Origin: a virus
Lineage: Duplodnaviria > Caudoviricetes
Virus record (IMG/VR): IMGVR_UViG_3300033076_000575
Location: 1 to 39,579 of that record
Strand: one strand, 5' to 3'
Length of the DNA stretch: 39,579 bases
The notes under the pieces are model-generated. The model was not told the DNA's origin, made no database searches, and saw only the letters and a program-made list of their open reading frames with translations. Made by a program: the position numbers and the translations under genes. How positions within the stretch are numbered: the first letter of the stretch is position 1; every line of letters starts with the position of its first letter. Positions 25,247 to 36,500 of this stretch are shown piece by piece.

Positions 25247-28200
25247 TTAAAGTTCTATCCAAATATTGTCTGGGTCAAATCTAAACACAACTACGTCTGT
25301 GTTGTCATAGATATTATGACCAATAAGTCTTACGTACTCTCCCGTGCCAGAAGGTGCTGTTTCAGTTACATTTCCTGCTGTTGTAGAGATATATAAAGGA
25401 GCTCCTGGAGTTGAGGTTCCAAGTTGCCCATGGTATGTTGTAGATACTTGTCCTTCTAGTAATACAGATAACTCTCCTGCGTTTGCTCCGACCTGACTTA
25501 AACAAATGCCCAGTAATAATGCTGAGTTGGTAGTTGTAGCATCAGCTGGTTCCCAAGTGTTGTTACCCCTCAATGCAATCAACATACCTGGAAATAAATT
25601 TGAGCTACCTGCTGTTTGTTGAGTTAAAACATCACCATTGTATCTTACATCTGCCCAACCGTCAAGAGTTGTTCCGTTGTTGACAGAAGTTACTCCTTCA
25701 TCATTGATAGCTGTAGTAGCTGTAATATTTTCACCCCCCGCAAAAAATGTATTTATACCATTCCAATAGAATTTACCACTAGTTGCAGCAATATAAGATG
25801 ACACGTAAGCATTACCGTCAACATGGAATGTAGTTGAAGGAGCAGTTGTTCCTATACCTACATATCCATCTGCAGTAATTCTCATTCTTTCAGTAGGAAC
25901 GTTCCATCCACCTGAATAACTCTGTGCTCCAAAAATGATAGCACTTTGTTTTGCCAAAGCACCTGCAGATGCAGAGTTTTGATTCTCAAACCATATACCA
26001 GCAGTTACACTAGATGCAGAAATGTCTCTGTACGAGTTGTTGAATATACCACCACCAATAAATGTACCTGAAGTAGAGTCAAGGTTGCTAACAATAATAG
26101 AAGGAGTATCTACAATATTATTGTTTGCACTGGATTTTTTAAGATGAAATAAAGTAGAAGGACTAGTTGTACCTAAACCTATGCTTCCACCAGATGTTAC
26201 TGTAAGCCTAGTATTTCCATTAGTTCCTAGGTGTATAGGTTCAGCATTGTAGGTAAACAGGTAATTAGCACCATCAGACCATCTACCAACTATTAATCCT
26301 GCTGCAGCGGTAGATCCTGTATCTCCATTTGTTAAATGTACAATTGCAGCGTCAGAACCTGATGCACTTATATGGAATACCTTGCCTGAAGTATTTAAAG
26401 TAGGTGACATTATTCCAAGACCTAGGTTACCGTTACCAGTTAAAACCATAGTGTCTTTCATGGTGTAGGAACCACCATTGTTATTAAAGGATTGGAATTT
26501 TAGTCCACCAGCGTATGTCTGATAACCTGAGTCATTGTACCCATATATTGTTCCACCAATATCTGAGTTGTTTGTGTTTGATATAAATATTTTCCCTGCT
26601 ACTGCAAGATTTGCACTGTGGAAGATGCTATAAGATCCAACTCCTACAGCTCCACCAAAATAGGTTAATCCAGAAGTACCTCCATTGATTTGCAAGTATG
26701 TTCCAGTATCATTGTAAATAGATCCTCTAAATCTCGCAGCCCCTTCAAAATAGGAGCCGCCATTTGCAGCTGAGTAAAAATAACCAGTTCCAGCAACTTC
26801 TAATCCATTGCCATCACCCATAATGAATGTTCCACCACTTGAGTATGGATAATATCTTGCAGCGCCAACCCAGCCATTTACTTCAAGCTGGTAGCCTGGT
26901 GTTGTTGTTCCAATACCAAAAAGTCCTGTATCAGTCAGTGTAAGGCGAGTAGCACCAGCTGTAGCATCATCAAAGTAAAAATATCCATTGGTGCCCAAAT
27001 ATGTTCTGTAAGTTCTGGCACCTGTACCTGTGCTTACAAATCCAATTCCTGACTGATAACTACCTGATGGACCAGAAATTTCAACTCTACTACCAGGAGT
27101 AGTTGTCCCAATCCCTAAGTTGCCATTAGTAAGACGCATTTTTTCAGAGCTGCCTTCAGCAAAACCAATAGACCCGTCCTCACTGAATATGTTAGCATGG
27201 GTAAAGCCTGCTCTGTGTAAAGACAAGTTTACCTTACTTCCTCCAGTAGATCTAAGTTCTAACGTGGCATTGTCCCAGCTTGGTGTACCAGTAATACCTC
27301 CTTCAATGGCAACTTTGTTATTGGTATAAACAGTGTTTGTACCTATACCAACGTTAGTACCATTATCAAATATAGAACCTGTACCTAAAGCTGATCCGGA
27401 TGTCCAGCGAGCTACATAGTTAGTAGAACCTGAGCCAAGAGAAGTCAGATAAGTATTGGAGTCAACAGATCCGTCAGCTTTTAAAAACTGTGATGATGTA
27501 CCGCCTGACTTAATAAATGAGTTGGCTGTAAGAGAAGTACCAACAGTTACTCCTCCATAAAACCCAACAGTTAAATAATCAACTCCAGCATAACCTTTGA
27601 CTGTAAAGTTGGCGTTATACAATGTAAGCTGACCGCTACTGTTTAAGTTAACAGCAACGGATGACGGTTGTTGTAAATGAATGTAGGTGTTCCCATAGTC
27701 AGTTATGTAAAATGAACCAAACTGTGTTCCATTCCAACCTATTGTTCCATATTTGGTAGCACTTTCATAAATCCTGGAATTACCTGCTACGTCAAGTCGT
27801 AAACCAGCACCAGGTGATGTAGTACCTATACCAAGAGCTGTTCCATTATCATAAGCAACACTGTTGCCTAAAGTGCTTGTACCTGTCCATTTTGCCAGAT
27901 AGTTAGTAGTTCCAGTTCCAGGAAGACCGTAAGGTCCCTGCACACCTTGTACCCCTTGAGCACCAGTTGTTCCTGTAATACCTTGTATTCCAGTTGTTCC
28001 TTGTGATCCAATAGCTCCAGTCGTACCTTGAATACCCTGAATGCCCGTAGCACCAGTTGCACCAGTTATACCTTGCGCGCCAGTAGAACCTGTAGCTCCC
28101 TGACTTCCGGTAGTACCAGTTGTACCTTGACTTCCAACAGCACCTTGGGCACCAGTTGAACCTATTGCTCCTTGTGATCCTGTGGCACCCGTAAAACCAG

Positions 28201-30457
28201 TACTTCCCTGTGCACCAATAGCTCCTTGAGAACCTATTGCACCTTGTATGCCAGTAAGTCCCTGAGAACCTACCGCACCTTGACTGCCGGTTGCTCCTTG
28301 AGATCCAGTGCTACCTTGAGATCCAGTTGCACCAATAATACCCTGTATTCCCTGTATTCCCTGAGCTCCTGTATTTCCAGTTGCTCCTGTAGAACCTTGG
28401 GACCCGGTGAGACCAGTTGATCCCTGAGCGCCCGTTGCACCCTGAGACCCTGTTGATCCAGTAGAACCCTGAGAGCCAGTAGCGCCAATGGCACCCTGAC
28501 TTCCTATAGTTCCCTGCGTACCCTGGAGGCCTTGGATTCCCTGAACACCCTGAGAACCTGTGGCTCCCTGAGAGCCGGTTATTCCCTGAATGCCTTGTGA
28601 GCCAACACTACCCTGGATACCAGTAATTCCTTGAATGCCTTGAGCACCCACAGATCCCTGGGCTCCAGTATTACCAGTAGTACCCTGAGATCCTGTCAGA
28701 CCGATAGCACCTTGGCTACCTGTTGTGCCTTGAGCACCGGTAGAACCAGTTGCGCCCTGACTACCAGTAACACCAGTTTGTCCTTGGGTACCAGTAATAC
28801 CCTGGATGCCTTGAATTCCTTGGAGACCTTGCACCCCGGTGATACCTTGTATTCCTTGAATGCCTTGGGATCCTGTGATACCTTGAACACCTTGTATTCC
28901 TTGTGGACCCGTAATGTTTCCTACGTCATCCCATTCAGCACCATCCCAGACCCATAAGTGTCCAGTGTCTGTTGTTATATAGCCGTCACCAATGTTCCCA
29001 GAATATGAATTAGGATATCCTGGAAGACTGGTACTTGTACTTACGCTTCCAATAAGTGTCACAGATTTACCTGAAGTACCCTGTGAACCTGTTGTTCCTT
29101 GTAAACCCTGAACTCCCTGCAATCCTTGCAGACCTTGGATACCCTGTATCCCTTGATCTCCGGTTACTCCAGTAGTTCCTTGGGTTCCTTGTAAACCATT
29201 AGTACCAGCAGTTCCCTGAAGACCTGTTGTACCCTGGCTTCCAGTAGCTCCTGTGGCGCCTTGTGATCCAGTATTACCAACTGATCCCTGAGAACCAGTA
29301 ATGCCTTGTGTTCCCTGGCTGCCGGTTATACCCTGCTGACCAGTTGTTCCCTGGAAACCAGTATTTCCCTGAACACCTTGGATACCTTGAGCGCCTTGCG
29401 TTCCGGTGGTTCCTTGCTGTCCTGTAGTTCCCTGTGCCCCAGTGGTCCCCTGTAATCCAGTGATCCCTTGAGTTCCCTGAGCACCGGTAAGTCCTGTGGC
29501 ACCTTGCATACCAATAGCACCTTGTGCACCTGTGCTTCCAGTAATACCCTGACTACCGGTTTGACCAGTAGATCCTTGAGCTCCTGTTTGCCCTTGTGCG
29601 CCAGTGGTACCTTGTGAACCAGTAATCCCCTGAAGACCCTCAGCACCCTGTATACCAGTGATACCTTGTGTACCCTGAACGCCCTGGATTCCCTGAAGTC
29701 CTTCAAGTCCTTGAATTCCCTGAGTTCCTTGAACGCCCTGAAGACCATCGGTTCCTTGAGCGCCAGTGGTTCCTTGAGCGCCAGTCTGGCCAGTAGTACC
29801 TTGTGTTCCTACAGCACCTTGTGCTCCCGTAGATCCAGTTATACCCTGGGATCCTGTAGCACCTGTCAGACCCTGAATACCATTAGTACCCTGTGCGCCT
29901 GTTGAGCCGGTGTAACCTTGGATACCTTCAGTTCCTTGTACTCCTTGCAGTCCCTGGATACCCTGTGTTCCTTGCGAACCTTGAGTTCCAGTGGTACCTT
30001 GCAGTCCCTGTAAACCTTGTATGCCCTGAGCACCTGTCGTACCCTGAGGACCGGTAGTTGCCTGAGCATAAGTTATCTCATTTGTGAGAGGATTGTAAAA
30101 TACATTGTAAGGTGTAGCCTGAACATTTAGCGGCTCAATTGCAGTGTCTATGATGAGAAATCCACCAGAATAAATAGCAGTACCATTTATGAATCCTGCC
30201 AGCTTGAGCTTAAGTAAACTTTTTTGAAGCTTTTCAATGCCGCTAAATACAGTGTCAGTTGCTGTTACAATTACAGCAGGACCTGTAGAGTTAAAATTGT
30301 CAAGCGGACGATCCAGTACAAGATCCTTTTCTGTACCTGTTGCATGTAAGACTTTAGTATAACCATTACGCAGGTACACCTTTGCAAAGCCTGCTAAAGG
30401 TGACGCTGGTGTCTGATTAATCAGAGGTAATTCAATAGGTACTAGGTTCTTGCTCAT
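25247..30457 (-). CDS. collagen-like virion fibre protein (1736 aa)
   Basis: Two long G-X-Y tracts, about eight G(I/L/V)G(T/I/S) fibre repeats (e.g. [11 protein letters not shown]) and a C-terminal globular domain. Confidence 0.88.
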   Translation of the reverse strand: MSKNLVPIELPLINQTPASPLAGFAKVYLRNGYTKVLHATGTEKDLVLDRPLDNFNSTGPAVIVTATDTVFSGIEKLQKSLLKLKLAGFINGTAIYSGGFLIIDTAIEPLNVQATPYNVFYNPLTNEITYAQATTGPQGTTGAQGIQGLQGLQGTTGTQGSQGTQGIQGLQGVQGTEGIQGYTGSTGAQGTNGIQGLTGATGSQGITGSTGAQGAVGTQGTTGQTGAQGTTGAQGTDGLQGVQGTQGIQGLEGLQGIQGVQGTQGITGIQGAEGLQGITGSQGTTGAQGQTGAQGSTGQTGSQGITGSTGAQGAIGMQGATGLTGAQGTQGITGLQGTTGAQGTTGQQGTTGTQGAQGIQGVQGNTGFQGTTGQQGITGSQGTQGITGSQGSVGNTGSQGATGATGSQGTTGLQGTAGTNGLQGTQGTTGVTGDQGIQGIQGLQGLQGVQGLQGTTGSQGTSGKSVTLIGSVSTSTSLPGYPNSYSGNIGDGYITTDTGHLWVWDGAEWDDVGNITGPQGIQGVQGITGSQGIQGIQGITGVQGLQGIQGIQGITGTQGQTGVTGSQGATGSTGAQGTTGSQGAIGLTGSQGTTGNTGAQGSVGAQGIQGITGIQGSVGSQGIQGITGSQGATGSQGVQGIQGLQGTQGTIGSQGAIGATGSQGSTGSTGSQGATGAQGSTGLTGSQGSTGATGNTGAQGIQGIQGIIGATGSQGSTGSQGATGSQGAVGSQGLTGIQGAIGSQGAIGAQGSTGFTGATGSQGAIGSTGAQGAVGSQGTTGTTGSQGATGSTGAQGITGATGATGIQGIQGTTGAIGSQGTTGIQGITGTTGAQGVQGVQGPYGLPGTGTTNYLAKWTGTSTLGNSVAYDNGTALGIGTTSPGAGLRLDVAGNSRIYESATKYGTIGWNGTQFGSFYITDYGNTYIHLQQPSSVAVNLNSSGQLTLYNANFTVKGYAGVDYLTVGFYGGVTVGTSLTANSFIKSGGTSSQFLKADGSVDSNTYLTSLGSGSTNYVARWTSGSALGTGSIFDNGTNVGIGTNTVYTNNKVAIEGGITGTPSWDNATLELRSTGGSKVNLSLHRAGFTHANIFSEDGSIGFAEGSSEKMRLTNGNLGIGTTTPGSRVEISGPSGSYQSGIGFVSTGTGARTYRTYLGTNGYFYFDDATAGATRLTLTDTGLFGIGTTTPGYQLEVNGWVGAARYYPYSSGGTFIMGDGNGLEVAGTGYFYSAANGGSYFEGAARFRGSIYNDTGTYLQINGGTSGLTYFGGAVGVGSYSIFHSANLAVAGKIFISNTNNSDIGGTIYGYNDSGYQTYAGGLKFQSFNNNGGSYTMKDTMVLTGNGNLGLGIMSPTLNTSGKVFHISASGSDAAIVHLTNGDTGSTAAAGLIVGRWSDGANYLFTYNAEPIHLGTNGNTRLTVTSGGSIGLGTTSPSTLFHLKKSSANNNIVDTPSIIVSNLDSTSGTFIGGGIFNNSYRDISASSVTAGIWFENQNSASAGALAKQSAIIFGAQSYSGGWNVPTERMRITADGYVGIGTTAPSTTFHVDGNAYVSSYIAATSGKFYWNGINTFFAGGENITATTAINDEGVTSVNNGTTLDGWADVRYNGDVLTQQTAGSSNLFPGMLIALRGNNTWEPADATTTNSALLLGICLSQVGANAGELSVLLEGQVSTTYHGQLGTSTPGAPLYISTTAGNVTETAPSGTGEYVRLIGHNIYDNTDVVVFRFDPDNIWIEL
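27920..28909 (-). repeat. collagen G-X-Y arm 2 (residues ~517-846, ~110 triplets)
   Basis: In-register triplets from GPQGIQ to GPYGLP. Confidence 0.85.
29063..30052 (-). repeat. collagen G-X-Y arm 1 (residues ~136-465, ~110 triplets)
   Basis: In-register GxQ/GxT triplets from GPQGTT to GTSGKS. Confidence 0.85.
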
Positions 30458-30496
30458 CTAAGTAAAGTGAAGGAGATGAGGCCTGTAGGCTCTCTC

Positions 30497-30506
30497 TTAT
30501 AATTTA
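30497..30506 (-). promoter_or_regulatory. candidate phage promoter motif TAAATTATAA upstream of the fibre gene
   Basis: The same 10-mer occurs at 17036-17045 (+). Intergenic, about 40 bp upstream of the ATG. Confidence 0.4.
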
Positions 30507-30543
30507 CAAAAAATCTGGGAGAAGACCTTGAGTCTGAAGCGGA

Positions 30544-33500
30544 TTATTGGTTCCGCTTCAGCTGGTCAATTCTGTTATTAGGATCTAGTAGGTCACGGAA
30601 GTTCTTGATACCTGTAAGATCCACTAGGTCTTTTACAATTTTTGCATCACCTTTTTCATAGGCTCCAGATTTGCGCGCATAAAACGCGTCTTTCCAGATA
30701 TCCTGGTAATACTCGCTGTCATAACCTGGATCAGGTTCATCACCACCATTCATTGCCATGGCAAGCGTATAGTTCCAGGAATGCGAAAGTAATTTCTGTG
30801 CAGCTGTAAACTCTCGTACAAGTGGAACAGCGGTTGTAAAGTTGCGGATGTATTCTTGGGATCCTCCCCCTACAGGGAACATGGAGGTGGTCTCCCCTTT
30901 CACACCCCATAGGATACGGATGGCATTACCTTCCAGTACGCCCAGTTCTTCATCATCATCGTCTTTTCCTCTGACATAAGCCAGTGCCATCATGCCCATC
31001 ATGGTAAGAACAGCCATGGCAATTGCATCACGGCGTGCCTGAGAAACCTTGCGGGTATAGAAATCACCCATTTGGTTCTTGTTGAACTTACTCATCATCT
31101 TGGATCCCATAAGCATGTGTTGTGCTACCTGGCCAGGACCATAGTATTTCACAGCCTGAGCTACTGCTCTCCAGTAACCCATAGCTACTTCAGCTGCCTC
31201 CCAGTTAGGACGCATATAACCAAAACGGTTTACAAGCTGAGGTATCAGGTATTTACGGAAGAAGAATACCATCTTACCAAAGATTGTTTGTTCAAAGGCT
31301 GTCATGTCACTCTTGGCGTAGTTACCCTGAGCTCTCCTCATTTCTGAGTAGATGATGTTTCTGATACGATTTTCATCATCCTCTGTGTATTCTACATCAG
31401 CACGTCTGGCAAGTTCACCTTTAGTGTTCTTGTAGTAGATCTCATGTACAGGAACTGTCACATCGTTTCCTTTGTCGTCTTTCTTGTACACCTTGTCTCC
31501 ATTGGTATCAATTTCAAATACTCTGAAGCGTCTGTGATTCATCACAGAATACATTACCGTAAGCGCAATCTCTGTATCTCCCTTGTCCTGGAGCATAAAA
31601 CCTAGTTCCTGGATAGAGGTCATTTTACTGGCAGCCTGACGTTTTTTACCTCCTGCAATTTCCTGTGTATACTGCAAGAAGTCTTTCTGTGCAGGATTAA
31701 AGAAACGGTACAACATGGTAGTGTCACTAACATCACTCAGGCGTCCCCAGTCTTTAAAGTAGTTAGAAAGGAATCCATTAGGACCATAGATCTTTTTCTT
31801 AGCCCACATATAATCAGCACGTGTATACTGATCAGAAGCAAGACCACCGGCAGCAATAAATGCCTGCACGTTACCAGACACGTAGTTCTTAGCCTGGTTA
31901 GCCACGTCAAATCCAATACGGATAAAAGAGGTATAGGCAAAGAATGCATTCACACGTTTGGTTAACACCTTGTTGGCCACGTTAGGATCTTCTGTGGCAC
32001 CTTCAACAAACTTTCTGCGTTCAAACTTGAGGATACTAATTACCTCATCAAGTTGCTTGAGTCGCAAGTTCATGTCTACTACAGTCTTAGCACCGGTCAC
32101 AGGATCTGTCTTCTGGTAAACCTGGTTATTCTTAAGATCCTTGGCCATGTTACCACGGATATATTCCAGGTGTTCAATGAATGCATCAGCTTTAGGAGCT
32201 GCTTCCTGCATAGCAATGTTGAAATGTGCTTCCGTAGCGTACTTGATAATGGCTCCTACTGCATCTTTACTCTGAAGGCTTGGGTCCAGCTGCTCGCTAA
32301 AGCGGTGACGGATCTTCCCTCCTAGCTCACCAAAGGTGTTTTCTACGCGGTCAATCTTACCTTCACGGCGTACTGACTGATCAAGGAACTTTTCCCACTC
32401 ACCTTTAATAGCACCGTTGAGTCCTTTGCGTGCAATGTTTTCCATAGCACTTGCAGCAATACCAGGCATCTGATAACCCAGTTTACGTCCTTCCACCTTT
32501 TTCTGAAGGTCAAAGAACATACCCATCATGTCGTTATAGAAGCTGAATACCTCAGCATCCTTCATCATTTCCTTGTACTTCTGGTTGACATTAGGTGAAG
32601 TCTCAAATCCTGGACGGATCACATAGTGTCCCTGACTGTTGGTTATGATTGCCTTTGGCATTGGAATACCATCAGGAGACTTTTGGAACTCAGGATTATA
32701 AGCTGATTCCTTGAGTCGTTTGATCTTGTACTTAGGATGCGGAACCGTTTCCATGTACTGATCACGCACTGCATCACTAGGTACATTCTCGTAGTTGAAA
32801 AGCTTAGGATCTTTTTCACTAGCTGGATTCCAGCCAGTTAGAATGCTTTTGTATTTATTATTGTGGAACTTGTTGTACCACTCTGCAAATTCTTTTTCGT
32901 AGGTAGCAAATGCTGCTGTAGCAAACTGCTCTGCTGCTACTGCCTCATCAATTGCTTTCTGATCACCGGTGGTCTCAGCTTTAGCAGCTGCACTCTGAGC
33001 GTCAATCATCTCGCGGTAAGCACGCTGAAGTGCTTTATGCTTAGAGTTGAACGTGTCAAGATATGCCTGGCTGATCTCTTTTTTCTTAAGTTTGTTGAGC
33101 TCCTGAGAAATGCGTTTAATCGCCTCAATCTCATCTGGTGAAAAGTCTAGCTTAGGACGTGGTTTAGGATTCTCTCCTTGACCCATCAGTTCTTCCAGCT
33201 CTGCTTCAATCTCATCCAAACGGCGGATCTCTTCATCATTTAAGAATTGTGGTTGCAAACGTCCACCATCTTTGTGAGGAGCAAGAATACTTCTACGTTC
33301 TTCCATTAGCTCAGAGATCTCAGGATCACTGCCAAAGAACATAGCGCGCTCTTCATAAAGCTGATTAAGTTCTTCATACCAAGAAAGTGACTGAAGGTCT
33401 TTACGTAACACTACCTGTTCTTCAGCACCTTCTTCATTATACAATGGAGCAATCTTTACACTGGCACCTCTGTCTTCCAATACAAAGTACAGGTTGCCAT

Positions 33501-36500
33501 TATAGAATACGTTTTGTCCGCGCTCCAGGTTCTCTGGTAGTTCAGGACGCTTAGTTGGGCGTACCACTTCATTGTCGCGCTTCCACTGCTCCCACTTGTC
33601 TGGGAACTCTACCTGGAAACGGTCCTTGGCATTATTACGCATACGCTCATAGAACGCAAAGTTGGTGTCAAACTCATAGAGCTCGTTCATCTGGTCAATG
33701 TAACGCGCGTAGTCAGGATTTAGTTCTTTGGCTTTTTTGCGAAGCACGCGGATCTCATCCTCAATTTCTTTCAGGCGCTCAAAGTCTTCTTCTGAGAGAA
33801 GTACTTCATTACCTTTTCCTACCTGGTAAGTGATGGTCTCCATCTCCAGGTATTTTAACTGCAGCTCATCGCGGATCTCCTCCGGCATTCCCAGCTGAAG
33901 CTTATAGAAGCGCTCATCATAAGGAAGCTGACAGTTGTCAAGCATCCACTGGATGTACTCTTGGTTCTTGTCCTGCTTTTGTTTTATCAGGTCAAGATAC
34001 TTTTGTTCTGCTGCCGGTCCTTCTGGTGTGCCAAACTTTTCATTACGTTCAGCCTTGGCAGTGGCAATAGCAATCTCAAGTTGTTTGCGTGCAATGCTGA
34101 ATCCTCTCCAGGTGTTTTCATACTCCTGGCTGAATGGTTTAGCGTAGTACATCAAAGACTTCTCAATGATATCACCAGTATTGCGGTCAATGGTCTGAAT
34201 AGTACGCTCCTCAGAAATCTTGTCGTTTAACTGCTCCAGGCTCATACGTTTGAGCAATGCATCACGTTTCTTGTCAAAGTCCTGTGCAGCAAAAGAATTC
34301 TGGATATTAAGTACAGCTTTAGCCTGGGCGTTCTTAAGCATTTGGGTAAATGCTGAGATCCCCAGTTCTGCATTAGACGCACTTGCCACAACACGGTTTA
34401 GTAGTGGAAGACTGTTGAGCATGCTGTCCGGGTTGAACACATTAGAGTTTCCAATGTACATGTCACTGCTAGGATCTGTGATCCCGCTGATGTAGCGCTC
34501 CAAGGCTTCATCTGAAAAGTTAAGCCCTCCTTCTAAGAGTGCTCTGGTCTTATCAATCTCACGCTGGATCTGCTCCATCTGCGTCATAGCCAGCCCACCT
34601 TCTTCTCCGTACTGCTCTGCAAGCTTACGTTTAAAGTTCTTGTCTATAAAGGATAAAGCCATCCCTTTAAGTGAACGAACTACAGGTGCATTAGAGCCCT
34701 CTAGTTTTTTCATCTTTTCTTCCAGGTGCTTGATCTTGGTCTCCAAAATCTCACGACCTTCTTTAGTAATAGCCTTAAAGGTTTCTTCACCTGGTGTTTT
34801 GAGTACCTGTACTGCATCATATAAAGTAATGCGGGCAAAGTTGGAAGTGATCTCATTTTGCGCAAAGTCAATTTCAGTCAAACGCTTGCGGGTTTCAGAC
34901 TCAGGTGCAAGTGGATCTTCTGATATGGCGTTAGCATCTACAGCAATCTTCTTAAGGACCTGCGCTGTATTAGCTAGTGCTTGCATACGGCGGTAAGCTT
35001 CAATAACCTGAACCCCTTCTTTACTAGAGAAACTGGTCCCGTCAAACTTGAATGTCTCCATCGCTGTTCTCACAACATTTCTTAGCTCCTGGAAATCTGT
35101 ATAAACAGCATCGAGAGCAGCTGAAAAGTTGGTAGAATATGTGAGCATTGGATCATTTCCCTTTACTTTTTCCAGGATATCCTGAAAACGGCGGAGTGTT
35201 TCACGTCTGGCAGTAAGGATCTCCAGCAATTGCGGATTGTCATTTTTTTCCTTTTGCTTTCTGATCTCACCCAAAACATTGTTAAGTTCCTGTGCTACAG
35301 CATCTTGTAACAGTTTCTTAAGAGAATCGTCTTGCTCCTCAGTAGGTTGAAAATCAAGCGCTTTTACTTCTTTCTTTACTTCTTCCTTCTGGCGCGCACG
35401 GCTTTCAGGCGTTGGGATCTCCTGGTCAATAATCTCACGCAGACCTTCAATACGCTTAGTAGCAATGGTAGGTTCTGTTACCCAGAAACCATTGTTGTTT
35501 GGTACATCTGCACCGGCAGCATAATTATAAAAGTTGTCCTCATCAAAGATGTGAATAGCATGGCCTACAAACTTCTTCTCCTTGTCCGTCTGGTAAAGCA
35601 TCGCAAGGATAGACTGATCGCGCACGTCCATTCCGTTTTGCTTTAGAATGTTTTCGTACACTTTCAGCTGCAAGGTCCAGGTGTCATACGTAGTACGCTG
35701 GTCACCCTTAAATGCATCAGCAGTCCCTTTTTTGGGATCCACAGGGAAACGTTTTTCTGCAAGGTCAACAAATACTATGTCCTCATTAGGTACAGGCTGT
35801 CCTGTAGCAGGATCCTGTTCCATCATGCGGGTTACTTTCTTGGTCTTGAAGTCAAAGATGTTAATGCGTCCCTGGGTGTCAATTAACATAAGGTCCAAAC
35901 GACCTACCACCATAGTGCCATCCTTGGTGTCACCTGTCACAGTGATTTCTGGCAGGATCATAAACCCGCGGTCATTGTTGATGGACACGTGCTGCGCTAT
36001 ACGCATGGCCATGTCATACATTACATCCTCGTCAAGGTTCTCAATGTAAAAAGGATTCTTCTTTCTGTACTCGTCCAGTTTCTCGTTAAAGAATTCTCTG
36101 GTCATCACCTGGTCAATATTTTTGGCAGAGCGTAATGCTTCTACCTGGCCAAGCTCCAAAGCTTCGTGCATGAATGTTCCAAACAACTTGAATGCCTCAT
36201 ACTCTTTAGGGTCACCTTTGAACTCAGAAGAACCAATCAAGTTGGATACTGATACAGTCTTGATTGTAGGTTTACCTTCAGACATCAACTTGATGTTGTT
36301 ACGCAGAAATTCCTGGTAACGAAGATTCATAGCTTTGAGCGCTTCCAGCGTAGCCTTTTGTTTTGGCTTAGCCCTGAAAAGCATAGTATCCAGGTTGGTC
36401 ATCTGCTCACGTGCACGCTGAAGTTTGAACGCATCAGAGGAACGTGACAGCTGCTCGTCTTTTTCAAGCACCTTCATGGTGGAGAGAATATTCTTTGCTT

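Noticed and set aside
24670-27900. Diversity-generating retroelement targeting the fibre
   Set aside because: No reverse transcriptase and no template/variable repeat pair were seen in this window.
27920-30052. Periodic 9/18-bp repeats resembling a CRISPR array or tandem DNA repeat
   Set aside because: The periodicity is explained by G-X-Y codons with synonymous variation. There is no constant repeat with unique spacers.
27868-30069. Several 60-140 aa alternative-frame ORFs within the collagen region
   Set aside because: These are shadow ORFs caused by repetitive codon structure and show no independent start signals.
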